Made by a program: the position numbers and the translations under genes | IMG/VR virus record: IMGVR_UViG_3300013117_000236 | Location: 4,547 to 68,546 of that record | DNA length: 64,000 bases | From: a virus | Strand: one strand, 5' to 3' | Notes under the pieces: generated by a model | Seen by the model: the letters and a program-made list of their open reading frames with translations, nothing else | Told to the model about the DNA's origin: nothing | Database searches by the model: none | Part shown: piece after piece, positions 8,657 to 18,662 of the stretch | Numbering within the stretch: position 1 is the first letter of the stretch | Layout: the number at the start of each line of letters is the position of its first letter

Positions 8657-8899
8657 GTGAATTATTATAGAAGAGAGAGTGTTACTATGGTAAGTAGTGT
8701 ATTAGGTGGAGTATGGGCCGTAATAGGAGGGTTATGCCCTATATTATATTGGGGATGTAAGATATTCTTTAACTTAATGGGAATATATTACATATACGCT
8801 CTCATAACAGGGGAAATGGATATGTATATTCACATAACGGGAATAATGGGATTATTATTCCTTATTTCAACTATAAGATGGAATTTAGGAGGTAATTAA
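8657..8899 (+). CDS. small membrane protein
   Basis: two or three hydrophobic segments. Confidence 0.55.
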   Translation: MNYYRRESVTMVSSVLGGVWAVIGGLCPILYWGCKIFFNLMGIYYIYALITGEMDMYIHITGIMGLLFLISTIRWNLGGN

Positions 8900-9030
8900 T
8901 ATGACACGATATTGTTATAAACATCAGCAAAAGTTCGTAGATGGGGCCTGTCCTGAGTGCGACAAAATAGGTTCTAACTTAGATAGAAAAGGGCTAAACT
9001 TAGATAGAAAAAGTCTAACAGGTGATAAGA

Positions 9031-9222
9031 ATGAAGTGTCCAAAGTGCGGAAAACAAAACGTGAAGTACAATCAAAAGAGACCAAAACATCCAAAAGGGA
9101 CAAAGAATTACCCGAGGAGACATTTGACACACAAATCGGGGAGAGGTGACTTGGTAAAAGATTGGAAACGAACTGATTTTACAGCTACTTGCAAGGATTG
9201 TAATTGGTCAGGAGAGATATGA
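9031..9222 (+). CDS. zinc-ribbon protein
   Basis: MKCPKCG...TCKDCNW; GGTGA RBS. Confidence 0.6.
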   Translation: MKCPKCGKQNVKYNQKRPKHPKGTKNYPRRHLTHKSGRGDLVKDWKRTDFTATCKDCNWSGEI

Positions 9223-9223
9223 T

Positions 9224-9583
9224 ATGGGAACAGATTATTACGCGAAAATTCCTGCATGGAAAACTTTATACATGTTAGGAAGAAGAGATTTCGAGGATAA
9301 TGAGTTGGAAGTATTTATTGATAAATATAAGGAGTTAGAAAAAGAGATAGAGAACTTTAATTTTGATATGTTAGAACAAAGTTATAAAGGTACTATTTCA
9401 CTTACTGATTTTGCCGATTTAATTCGACTCGCAAGAAGTGTTTATTATTTAATAGATAACTACTTCCCTAAATTCATGTTTCTGAAAATACTTAAAAGAG
9501 CAAAAGTGAAATTTGAAATTATAAATGATATAACAGTAGATATTTACGAACTTGAAAGGAAAGGTTGGTTATTAGTAGATTAA
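9224..9583 (+). CDS. hypothetical protein
   Basis: operon-like 1-nt spacing to neighbours. Confidence 0.6.
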   Translation: MGTDYYAKIPAWKTLYMLGRRDFEDNELEVFIDKYKELEKEIENFNFDMLEQSYKGTISLTDFADLIRLARSVYYLIDNYFPKFMFLKILKRAKVKFEIINDITVDIYELERKGWLLVD

Positions 9584-9584
9584 T

Positions 9585-9875
9585 ATGGAAAGAACTAAAG
9601 TTACTAGAGATAAAGAGGGCAATTTAAAGAATATCGCCTTCACCGAAAAAGAGGGTCGGAATGCGTTAGTTATTTATATTGATAAGAAAACTAAAAGACC
9701 TTCTATTTTTTGGACTGTTCAACCCGAGGATGCGCCAGCGTTCGCCGCCACCTTAGAGTTTCTAATGAAGGAGTTTAAAAATAGGATTTTCCAAGATATA
9801 CATGATGGTACTAAGTATCACGACGAGGAGGAATCTGCTCCGAAAAGAGATGGTAATTTAAGATATATAGGTTAG
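9585..9875 (+). CDS. hypothetical protein
   Basis: operon-like spacing. Confidence 0.6.
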   Translation: MERTKVTRDKEGNLKNIAFTEKEGRNALVIYIDKKTKRPSIFWTVQPEDAPAFAATLEFLMKEFKNRIFQDIHDGTKYHDEEESAPKRDGNLRYIG

Positions 9876-9885
9876 GTGGAGATGG

Positions 9886-11151
9886 ATGACACTGTTAGAC
9901 AGTTTGTGGACCTTGTGGAAAGAATACGTAGATTATTATGTTGTAGGTAATTCGGAACTTAAAAAGATAATGTTCCATGTTTTTCTAGGTGTAGTTCTAA
10001 CTACTAAAGGTTATGGCTACGCCGAAAGTGGTAAAAAGAAGAGCGTGCGTTTTCACACTTTTATGATTCAGGATTCTGGTACAGGTAAAAGTCAGATGAT
10101 GAAAGCATACCACGACCTAGTAAAAGATTACGCTGGTATTGAAATTAATAAATCATCTCGCGCAAGAATGACAGTGAAAGATAATGAAGCTTCTTTAACA
10201 GGTAGTGTTTATAGAGACCAGAGAACAAGTAAGATAGTAAAGAGAAAAGGGATGTTACATTACTTGTACACTCTTTGTTGGGATGAAGGTAGCATTTTAC
10301 TTAAACCTTCCGCGTTTATGGATATAATGACCGACGTTTTTCAGGTTGTTATGGATGAACCAGGACGTGTTTCTAAAGGAATGAAACTCGGTAATATAGA
10401 GTATCCTACTGATGTTACTTTAGTTGCGGGTTCCTATATGTTTGACGCATTTAGAGAAACATTAATAACTAAAGGATTTCTCCAGAGAATGTTTTTATTT
10501 CATAAAGAATTCACGCCTAAAGAGAAGCGAGACATTAGAATTGGTGTTAATTTAATGAAGTTACATACAGACCCTGAAAAAATAGAAAAAATAAAACGTG
10601 CAATTGCTGTACAAATTGATAGAATACCAACGTTAGTTGACCATATTATTAAGTTTAATCGCGAAGATGTATTAGTCTTTAATGAAGAACTAGAGAACAT
10701 GTATGGAAAATTCTTTGATAGACAGTTTGGAGGCGAAAAACAACGAGTTTTAGAAACATTCTATAGTAGGATTCATATTCTGGTTGATAAAGTTGCCACC
10801 ATAAAAGCGATAATAGAAGGAAAAAGTGAAGTTGACATAGAAGATTTGAAATATGCACGTATGACATGTCAAATGCATATAGATAGTTTACTCGCTTTGT
10901 TTGAATTCCTGAAAGCTGGGAAAGTTTTAACTGTTCCTGAAGAGAGACAAAACGTAATACTTTCGCTAGTTAGGCAGAATGATGGTAAATTGATGCAAAA
11001 AGAACTGATGACAAGGTTAAAAGAAATGAAAGATGCAGGTAATTGGGATTTGGGGATGAATAAAACGCTCAAACTGATAGAAAATATGGAAAGGTCTAGT
11101 AGAGTGCACGTACAAATTTTGAAAAAAGGTGCGAAACTACTTTTTGTTTGA
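9886..11151 (+). CDS. MCM-like AAA+ ATPase lacking the N-terminal domain
   Basis: Walker A DSGTGKSQ, ASLTGSVYRD (MCM h2i-like), Walker B CWDEG, FLQRM Arg-finger-like motif, possible C-terminal wHTH. Confidence 0.7.
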   Translation: MTLLDSLWTLWKEYVDYYVVGNSELKKIMFHVFLGVVLTTKGYGYAESGKKKSVRFHTFMIQDSGTGKSQMMKAYHDLVKDYAGIEINKSSRARMTVKDNEASLTGSVYRDQRTSKIVKRKGMLHYLYTLCWDEGSILLKPSAFMDIMTDVFQVVMDEPGRVSKGMKLGNIEYPTDVTLVAGSYMFDAFRETLITKGFLQRMFLFHKEFTPKEKRDIRIGVNLMKLHTDPEKIEKIKRAIAVQIDRIPTLVDHIIKFNREDVLVFNEELENMYGKFFDRQFGGEKQRVLETFYSRIHILVDKVATIKAIIEGKSEVDIEDLKYARMTCQMHIDSLLALFEFLKAGKVLTVPEERQNVILSLVRQNDGKLMQKELMTRLKEMKDAGNWDLGMNKTLKLIENMERSSRVHVQILKKGAKLLFV

Positions 11152-11219
11152 ATTTTCTTTAATTTCGGTTAACTTTTTAAACACGTATATAAATATTAAC
11201 GGCTAATATAATAATCACT

Positions 11220-11933
11220 ATGCTCAAATTTGAAGAGGATAGACTTAGTTGGGATTATAATATCCCACGAAGTGTGATTTTTGAATTTGTAAACTATAAT
11301 AATTGTCCAATATGTCAACATGAGGAGATAAGAGAATGGACAGCACCTTATATTGTTGCCTTAGTTCCTTTTGATAGAGTTTGTTATTTATTAAAGAAAT
11401 ATTTCGATTACGTTACTACACCTGAAATTGTTTCCAATCACCAAAAACATATAAGGGTAAAATTTATGCCAAAAGAAGAGATTGTAGCAGAAGCAATAAA
11501 TCAGTTAAAGACAATCGAGTCTGATGTATCACAACAGATTGACGAGAAGAAAGTTATTGAGAGTGCTATAAGAGGACTTTTTGCCCGAAAGATACAGTTA
11601 GAAATGGAGGCGAATTACGGTAGAGAGTACATGGGTGTAATTAATAGTCTTAACAAGTGGGTTGAATTGAAGTCAAGGTTAAAGGGAGACATAAAAACCG
11701 AAGATTCTGTCTCACTTGTTGATGTAATTAAAAATTTAGCTAGGGGGAATAATGAATCCAATGTTTCACCAACACCAGAACAACGTGTTACCCGGTCAAG
11801 AGTTATTACCAGAGATGGAACGAAAGAAAGTATCGAGTACTTTGTTAGAGGATATCCGGAAAGTAGACATATGCCAAGTAATAAACTCGATATTCCGAAT
11901 AAGGAACAACCAGGGAAAATTAATAGACTATAA
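11220..11933 (+). CDS. putative terminase small subunit
   Basis: CPICQH..H motif, helical core; immediately upstream of and overlapping TerL. Confidence 0.45.
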   Translation: MLKFEEDRLSWDYNIPRSVIFEFVNYNNCPICQHEEIREWTAPYIVALVPFDRVCYLLKKYFDYVTTPEIVSNHQKHIRVKFMPKEEIVAEAINQLKTIESDVSQQIDEKKVIESAIRGLFARKIQLEMEANYGREYMGVINSLNKWVELKSRLKGDIKTEDSVSLVDVIKNLARGNNESNVSPTPEQRVTRSRVITRDGTKESIEYFVRGYPESRHMPSNKLDIPNKEQPGKINRL

Positions 11934-13419
11934 GGTTATTGAACCTCATCAAAAGATATTAAGAACCGGGTTACTGGGTGACCAGAGTGCGTTGTATAGG
12001 ATAATAAATAAAGGTAGACAAGGAGGTTTCTCTTTCTTACTTAATGTAGAATGTTTAATGATTGCTCAATTAATGCCCAATACTAATCAATTTTATGTTG
12101 CTACTAAAGAAGACCTCGCCGAAGATTGGTTAAAAAAGAGTGATAAGTTAGCTCGTGATGCGCGCCTCTTTCCTAATGGTGAACCAGTAATTGATATGGA
12201 TTATGTAAAGTCAAAAAATTTAATGAAATATATAAAACATTTCCCTAATAAGTTTAAGAAACAAGTTGAACACTCATTTATAATTGGTTGTGCTGCATCA
12301 CCTTCTGGTACTCAAGGAATGACAGGGATTAATATTGTTTTAGATGAGTTTGCTAGAATGAATAAAACTAAAACGTTACAGAAAGATTTATTTAACGCAA
12401 TTAGATACTTTATTTCTCAGGGTGGGCAGATGACTATACAATCTGTACCTTTAGTGAGGTCGGATTGGTTTTGGAAACTTTATGATAATGCTCCAAAGTA
12501 CATGTTGTCACCATATTATTGCCCAATAATTGAAAATTGGGAAGAAATTGATTTAAATAAAGATTTAAGAAATCAAAAACTTAAAATACCTTATTGGTGG
12601 ACTGATATTAATGAGTTAGAACAGATTAGGAGAGCAGATTTAGATTCATTTAAACAAGAGGTTTTGGGAATTCCTGCGGATATACTGTATAGATTCATAC
12701 CTCCTGAATTATGGTTATCATGTATTGATAGTACATATAAATTTAGAAATGATAATCAGGGTTTTTATAGGATTGGTGTTGATATTGGACAGAAGAGAGA
12801 TACAACAGTAGCTACTGTTGGTGAAATTATTGGTGACCACATTTGGGAACGTTATATTTATGAGTCACAAAAACCATATAATGAACAAATACCAGAATTA
12901 ATACAATTATGCGAGTGGTTTAAGCCAATAGAACTTAGGATTGATAATACTGGTGTTGGTGTTCCAATTTCTGACGCGTTAGAAGGTACTCCAGGAATGC
13001 CACCAATAAAGAGGATTGAATTTGCTTCTTATATTGAGTTGGAAAAGAAGAAAACTAGAATGCCAACTTATTTGTCAGAGTGTTTCAAGAATATGTTATT
13101 AAATAAACAATATCATGCAGTAGAGAATTCAACTGCGACACAGCATGTATTGAGAGTTGAGAAGATTGTTACTGATGCTAATGTTATAAGATTTACAGGT
13201 AAAAAAGGTAATCAAAGAGATGACCATTATTGGAGTAAGGCGATTTTAGCAGCAAGTTTTGATATGTTAAATAGAGGAGCTGTATTTTCTGTACCTAAAG
13301 AGAAAACGTTTACTTCGAAGGGGGATAAACGTAGAGCTACGGGAGTACAGAAACTAAAATCAAATGCGATAAATCAATCGTTTAGGGAAAATAGAGGAGG
13401 TAGTTATTTAGCATGGTAG
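11752..13419 (+). CDS. terL: terminase large subunit
   Basis: KGRQGGFS Walker A, IVLDEFA Walker B, IGVDIGQKRD and DDHYWS nuclease motifs. Confidence 0.9.
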   Translation: MNPMFHQHQNNVLPGQELLPEMERKKVSSTLLEDIRKVDICQVINSIFRIRNNQGKLIDYKVIEPHQKILRTGLLGDQSALYRIINKGRQGGFSFLLNVECLMIAQLMPNTNQFYVATKEDLAEDWLKKSDKLARDARLFPNGEPVIDMDYVKSKNLMKYIKHFPNKFKKQVEHSFIIGCAASPSGTQGMTGINIVLDEFARMNKTKTLQKDLFNAIRYFISQGGQMTIQSVPLVRSDWFWKLYDNAPKYMLSPYYCPIIENWEEIDLNKDLRNQKLKIPYWWTDINELEQIRRADLDSFKQEVLGIPADILYRFIPPELWLSCIDSTYKFRNDNQGFYRIGVDIGQKRDTTVATVGEIIGDHIWERYIYESQKPYNEQIPELIQLCEWFKPIELRIDNTGVGVPISDALEGTPGMPPIKRIEFASYIELEKKKTRMPTYLSECFKNMLLNKQYHAVENSTATQHVLRVEKIVTDANVIRFTGKKGNQRDDHYWSKAILAASFDMLNRGAVFSVPKEKTFTSKGDKRRATGVQKLKSNAINQSFRENRGGSYLAW

Positions 13420-15011
13420 AAGAAAAAGGAAAATCGGGAGAGGAAGTAAAGATAGAGAGAAGAGAGGAATTAGAGGCTAAAATACAGAGTTACATAAAAG
13501 ATACCACAAGTATGCCTATTCAGGTATTTGGAGCACATGCAGGTTCATCTGTTAGTGCGGCAGTAGAAGAAGCAACTGCAGGAGCTACTCCTCCTGAAGA
13601 ATTTGCAGATATTAATGTAGATGATAGAGCAGTAAAAGTAGTTATAGATAGAGGAGATACAGGTTGTGAGTGGGCTTATGAGAACGATGTTGCAGTTTAT
13701 AACAATTTACAAAGATTAACTAATACATTTAATAACGGTTATGAAGTTGTAATAACTGATAGAGAAATGGAAGATAATAGAGCCGCAAAGAGAGCGAAGG
13801 AATACTTAGAATTGAAAAAAGAGGAATTAGAGTTACAGAAGAAAACAGATGTACTAATAATAAATAAAGGAATTTTTGGATTTGGAATATTAAAGAAAAG
13901 AGTTAATAATGGTAATGAAATAATAGGTTTGGTTCCTTTAGATTGTCACGAGGATAGGTGTGTACCAATCATAAATTCAATGACAGGTGAGTTAGGAGGA
14001 GAAACAGGTTTAGGATTAGACCCTAATAATGAAAAAGCAGAAGTTGCTTTAATACAGAAAGGTAAAGTTGCAAAGTATGACGCAGAAGGTAATATAAGTT
14101 ATACAGACAAACCTTTTTACTTTGCAAAAGAGGAGATTATTGCACTTCCAGGTAATGAGAGAGGAAAGTTTAAAGGGATATCTGCTGTACGAAGAGTACT
14201 TAGGTTAGTTGAAATTAAGAAGACACTTGAAAATGTTGTAGAATTTATTGTACGAAGATATGGTCCACAAATTTGGATAATTGTAGGTAATAAAGATTAC
14301 AATTTATCTAATACAAGAATACCGGAAGGCTATTTGAGAGATTCAGATGGTAACCCTATTGATTTAGATATTGCTAGAAAAAATTATAAGAATGCAATAT
14401 TTAAAGATATAGAAGATGGAATACAAAAATGGGTAGAAGGAGAAACAATGTTGCAAATTGCGGAATATGGAATTGAACCTGTAATGAAAGCACCACAAAC
14501 TAATTTGTTCCAATATTCAAGATATATAGACCTATTTGCAGATTATATTAAAGTTGGAATATTTGGTTTAGATGTTGCAGGTAGAATTGATGTTACTTCT
14601 GCAATAATGCAGGATAGATTGTATAGAGACCTAAAAGACCGTGCAAGGAGAGAAAGAGCTCACATTGAAAATCTATTACATAGAACGTTAACAATACCTT
14701 TACTCAAAAGTAAGGGATTTTCAGATAAGGTAATTAATGTTGTTAGATATCAATTTTTACCATTAGATAAAACAGACTTTAAAGAAGATGCAGAAATGGA
14801 AAGGTCAAGAAGCATGACAGTTAAAAATTATATGGACGCAGGTGTAAAAGTTCCTAAATATTTGCAAGAGAGATGGGGACTTAAAATTGAAATGAATGAA
14901 GGAAGCGGAATGAACGGAGATAATAATGAGCCACCACAAACGCCACCTGAGAATCAAGAGACGCAGACTCCGCCGCAAGAGGGTTCTCCTAGGAGGGAGA
15001 GAAGAAGATGA
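13413..15011 (+). CDS. portal protein
   Basis: 532 aa directly after TerL; FKGISAVRRV portal-like segment; low-complexity C-terminus. Confidence 0.7.
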   Translation: MVEEKGKSGEEVKIERREELEAKIQSYIKDTTSMPIQVFGAHAGSSVSAAVEEATAGATPPEEFADINVDDRAVKVVIDRGDTGCEWAYENDVAVYNNLQRLTNTFNNGYEVVITDREMEDNRAAKRAKEYLELKKEELELQKKTDVLIINKGIFGFGILKKRVNNGNEIIGLVPLDCHEDRCVPIINSMTGELGGETGLGLDPNNEKAEVALIQKGKVAKYDAEGNISYTDKPFYFAKEEIIALPGNERGKFKGISAVRRVLRLVEIKKTLENVVEFIVRRYGPQIWIIVGNKDYNLSNTRIPEGYLRDSDGNPIDLDIARKNYKNAIFKDIEDGIQKWVEGETMLQIAEYGIEPVMKAPQTNLFQYSRYIDLFADYIKVGIFGLDVAGRIDVTSAIMQDRLYRDLKDRARRERAHIENLLHRTLTIPLLKSKGFSDKVINVVRYQFLPLDKTDFKEDAEMERSRSMTVKNYMDAGVKVPKYLQERWGLKIEMNEGSGMNGDNNEPPQTPPENQETQTPPQEGSPRRERRR

Positions 15012-15265
15012 ACATTTACGGAGGACCAGCAGCGGGGGTAGCACTAGGTAAATTTCAACAATTACAAGGGAGCGATTTTAGTGGTAGTGATGGAGATTCA
15101 AATAGAACAGTTACTCTAACGAATACTCCTTTAACTTCTGGGACTGCCCTCATTTATATTAATGGAAGACTTATACATAAAACACAAGAATATTCTATAA
15201 GTGGTAGTGTTTTAACTATAATAGGTGCTTTATATGATAACTCATATATAGATGTGTGGTACTAA
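15008..15265 (+). CDS. small beta-rich virion-type protein
   Basis: GDSNRTVTL..IYINGRL..EYSISGSVLT pattern seen in phage structural domains. Confidence 0.5.
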   Translation: MNIYGGPAAGVALGKFQQLQGSDFSGSDGDSNRTVTLTNTPLTSGTALIYINGRLIHKTQEYSISGSVLTIIGALYDNSYIDVWY

Positions 15266-16140
15266 TGAAATTATTATTATCTATTATAATATCAATATTA
15301 ATGTTTATGGGAAGTGTGCAAGCGTTAGATTTTGACCCTAGAGGTAATATTATTGGTAGACATACTTGGAAAATAATTAATTTTACGGAAATAGATGCGG
15401 AGGACGCGAATTTCAACGGGACTACTAATATGAGTACAGGGTACGTTAATATTTTAGGGATAAACTACACCTCACCCCAGCATCCTTTACAAGTAAGGGG
15501 AATAATGGCGAGTGGGACATCAGATACTACATATGGTGAAATAAGGGCTTATGGTAACGGGCCAAGCTCTAACATAGGAGGAAGGAATTTGTTGTACACA
15601 GCAGCTAACTATGATACTGTTGTAAATTATTACTTAATTAGGGCATGGCAGGACACATTAAGAATAGGACGGGAAACTAATTCGGATTTAGTTTTAGACG
15701 AGTCAGGAAACATAGCAATAGCAAATGACCTTAATGTGAGCAATAACGTGAATGTGAGTGAAAATATTACAGCCCAGTTTCATGTTGGAGCTTTAGACAC
15801 TGGAACTATTCAAATTATAGATGACATAGATAAAGACCATATAGAGGGAGATGTAAATACTTTTGTAGATGTGGCAGGAGATAATTGGGAAGGTAACATG
15901 ACTATGGGGACTAACAAATCTATAAGCATAGGGAATCAAACAAGCTGGGGTGACCAAATTTGGTTTGATATGGTTACGGCAGTTAAGATGTTTGTCGGAC
16001 AATTAGCTGTTTTAGGAAACCTGACTTTGAGCGAAGAAATGACGCATCTGGACAACAAAAGAGAATACTGGGGCACTGATTTGGATTGTTGGGATGTATA
16101 CAACTCAACCCATTTAATAAGGAAGTGTGCGCCATTATGA
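15265..16140 (+). CDS. secreted beta-rich glycoprotein candidate (fibre-like)
   Basis: signal peptide MKLLLSIIISILMFMGSVQA; about 12 N-x-S/T sequons. Confidence 0.6.
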   Translation: MKLLLSIIISILMFMGSVQALDFDPRGNIIGRHTWKIINFTEIDAEDANFNGTTNMSTGYVNILGINYTSPQHPLQVRGIMASGTSDTTYGEIRAYGNGPSSNIGGRNLLYTAANYDTVVNYYLIRAWQDTLRIGRETNSDLVLDESGNIAIANDLNVSNNVNVSENITAQFHVGALDTGTIQIIDDIDKDHIEGDVNTFVDVAGDNWEGNMTMGTNKSISIGNQTSWGDQIWFDMVTAVKMFVGQLAVLGNLTLSEEMTHLDNKREYWGTDLDCWDVYNSTHLIRKCAPL

Positions 16141-17042
16141 AAAAAATATTGTTTGTCCTTGCACTAATAGTATTTATGAATTTTTCAGTTTCAGGAAGCT
16201 CGGCAGATTTGGTTAAGATAACGAACTTTACTTGGGATGGAAGCCTTGAGGAGCAGACAACAATACCACCAAGTTATATAAGAAATGACAATATAGACGA
16301 TATTGAACTCGGTTCTTTTGGTTTGAATAGAGTTCCACAAAGCCAAGACATTAACCACAGAATAGACTTTGATATTAATTTAACACCTTTTGACCAGTTG
16401 GGTGATTTGGAAGGTCTTGATATTGAAAGGATAAAATTTCACATTTACATAATACAGAACGCCTCTTCAGATTCAGACATTCTAAGGCTGAGAATCAGTC
16501 ACATGGAACAGAACTCAACCCAGTATCCTGATGTGCCGCAGATAGGAAACTTTTTATTCTGGAACGACACAGCCAACGGAACATTATATCATCAAAGTAA
16601 CATATTCGGAATTAATGACACTGGTATAAATTTAACTCTTACAAATGCGGGAAGCGATTATATTGAAGCTAAACTTAAAGCAGGAGACTTTTTTCCATCA
16701 TTAGGATTTTCATTATCACAAGAAAATAGACCAAGACAGACAGACTGGACAAAGATGCTTATAGGGGCTTCAACGAACTCAAACCAAACGAGAGTTCCTG
16801 TCGTTTGGATTGATTATAATCTTGACCCATGTTATCCTTCTAAAATTGGAACTTGGTTTATAAATCAGACCTGTAATATAACAACAGATAGGGACAATAC
16901 AGGCTACCTGCTTCATGTCGGGAGCAATGGAAACGTTAATATTGAAGGTGACGGCAGGGTTCATACTTCAGAAGAACAGTGGGATAGAGGAAGCGTGCTA
17001 AGTATTAGTCATGGAGGAGAGTACGCATTGATAAGGAGTTAA
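16137..17042 (+). CDS. secreted glycoprotein candidate
   Basis: signal peptide MKKILFVLALIVF; about 12 N-x-S/T sequons. Confidence 0.6.
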   Translation: MKKILFVLALIVFMNFSVSGSSADLVKITNFTWDGSLEEQTTIPPSYIRNDNIDDIELGSFGLNRVPQSQDINHRIDFDINLTPFDQLGDLEGLDIERIKFHIYIIQNASSDSDILRLRISHMEQNSTQYPDVPQIGNFLFWNDTANGTLYHQSNIFGINDTGINLTLTNAGSDYIEAKLKAGDFFPSLGFSLSQENRPRQTDWTKMLIGASTNSNQTRVPVVWIDYNLDPCYPSKIGTWFINQTCNITTDRDNTGYLLHVGSNGNVNIEGDGRVHTSEEQWDRGSVLSISHGGEYALIRS

Positions 17043-17043
17043 T

Positions 17044-17403
17044 ATGGAATATAAAACAATAGCAGGGATATTGACCGTTTTGATTCTAACTAATCTCGGA
17101 ACTATGTATGTAATAGAAGATGATGGGTTTAAAAACTGTTCTGGGAACTGGAAATTCAATAAATACACAGGACAATATGACTGCGAAAGTCGAGGAATAA
17201 GTGAATGGTGTTTTAAAGTGAGTGGAGACGACCCGTTAGAAGGATATAGGTGTTACCTCGGAAAAGTTACCGATAACATGGAATATGTGAAAATTATAGG
17301 GAATAATTGTGAATATATATGCCCACTTATAGACGGAGAATTGAAATCATATACTTTATGTAAGTGTGGAAACAGAGAAACATATGCAGGAGAATTGATA
17401 TAA
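17044..17403 (+). CDS. membrane-anchored Cys-rich protein
   Basis: N-terminal hydrophobic helix, 8 Cys. Confidence 0.55.
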   Translation: MEYKTIAGILTVLILTNLGTMYVIEDDGFKNCSGNWKFNKYTGQYDCESRGISEWCFKVSGDDPLEGYRCYLGKVTDNMEYVKIIGNNCEYICPLIDGELKSYTLCKCGNRETYAGELI

Positions 17404-17681
17404 TGGTGAAATTAGACGAAGTGAGTATGGAAATAGGAAAATTAAAATCGTCAGTTAAAAGTATTATTAAACACATGGACGGGCATCATATTGCGGCAAT
17501 GAAAAGATTTGATAAAGTAGATTTACATTTTGAAAAACTAAATAATACTGTAATAAAAAATGAAAATAGAATAAAACATTTAGAAAATAGTAGATGGACA
17601 TTGAAAAAAGCTTCTTTAACGATAGGAGTTATTGCTACCATTGTAGGGATATTAACATCTATTATTATAATAATAAGGTGA
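17403..17681 (+). CDS. coiled-coil protein with C-terminal TM helix (holin/XhlA-like architecture)
   Basis: heptad region followed by IGVIATIVGILTSIIIII. Confidence 0.5.
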   Translation: MVKLDEVSMEIGKLKSSVKSIIKHMDGHHIAAMKRFDKVDLHFEKLNNTVIKNENRIKHLENSRWTLKKASLTIGVIATIVGILTSIIIIIR

Positions 17682-17685
17682 TATA

Positions 17686-18327
17686 ATGCAAGTTGAACAA
17701 GGAAATCCTGCGATATTATTCGCTCATTTCCTGAAGCAAAGTGGAGAAGAAGCAACGATTAGTGGAACACCTACTATAACAATTCGTCACTATCAACATA
17801 CTACAAGTAGTTTAGATACAGATGTTAGTGCACAAGATATGACACTAATTAGTGGTTCACTTTATTATTATAAATGGGCTTATACTACAATAGTAAAGTC
17901 CCAATATGCCGCAACATTTGCTGCAACATATAATACTGGTGAGAGTGTGACTGGTACTAAAACATTTGCTTTGATGAGTAGTAAGATAATTGGTGCTGTA
18001 GTTGGTACATGGACACATGATGAAAAAGATAAAGTTTTAAAGTTAATGCAACAGATTTTAAGTTTAATAAGGGACAGGAAAAGTTTAGAAGCATTACAAA
18101 GTAATTTAGATATGTTAGTAAAAGATAATAAGTTGCAAGCAGTTGGCGATAAAAATAGAGCTAGTGAGATGATAAATGATATTAATAATGAATTTAATGT
18201 TGTTAAAGAGGAATTAAATTCTCTAAGAGAGAAAGTTGATTTACAGGCAAAAATGTTAACCAAAATGGCCGACCCGAAAATATTGGAGGAGATTTTAAAT
18301 GACAAAACTAAAGGAAATGGTAGCTGA
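17686..18327 (+). CDS. Ig-like plus coiled-coil virion-type protein
   Basis: beta-rich N-terminal half, coiled-coil C-terminal half. Confidence 0.45.
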   Translation: MQVEQGNPAILFAHFLKQSGEEATISGTPTITIRHYQHTTSSLDTDVSAQDMTLISGSLYYYKWAYTTIVKSQYAATFAATYNTGESVTGTKTFALMSSKIIGAVVGTWTHDEKDKVLKLMQQILSLIRDRKSLEALQSNLDMLVKDNKLQAVGDKNRASEMINDINNEFNVVKEELNSLREKVDLQAKMLTKMADPKILEEILNDKTKGNGS

Positions 18328-18661
18328 AGAGTATACAAGAAAAATGAGACAATTAGAAAGTTCAATTAAAGAAAGAAAGTCTCTACTTGGGATATTAAGT
18401 ACTACTATAATTGAAAAAGAAGAAGTTGTTACTAGTTTAGAAGGTAAGATTAAAGAGTTAAATGACGAAGTTAATATTTTACAAGAGAGAAGAGATAATG
18501 CTCTTAAAGGAATGATGGAAGAGATTAATACACCTGTTAATGTTCCTAAATCACAATCTACTAATCAACCAAAAGAACCAGCTTCAGATAATTATGACCA
18601 AATTATAGTTTACGATGATAAAAAATTATCAAAGAGAAGAAAAGGTAGATTAGGGAGTTAG
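18317..18661 (+). CDS. coiled-coil protein
   Basis: heptad pattern; in operon. Confidence 0.5.
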   Translation: MVAEEYTRKMRQLESSIKERKSLLGILSTTIIEKEEVVTSLEGKIKELNDEVNILQERRDNALKGMMEEINTPVNVPKSQSTNQPKEPASDNYDQIIVYDDKKLSKRRKGRLGS

Positions 18662-18662
18662 A

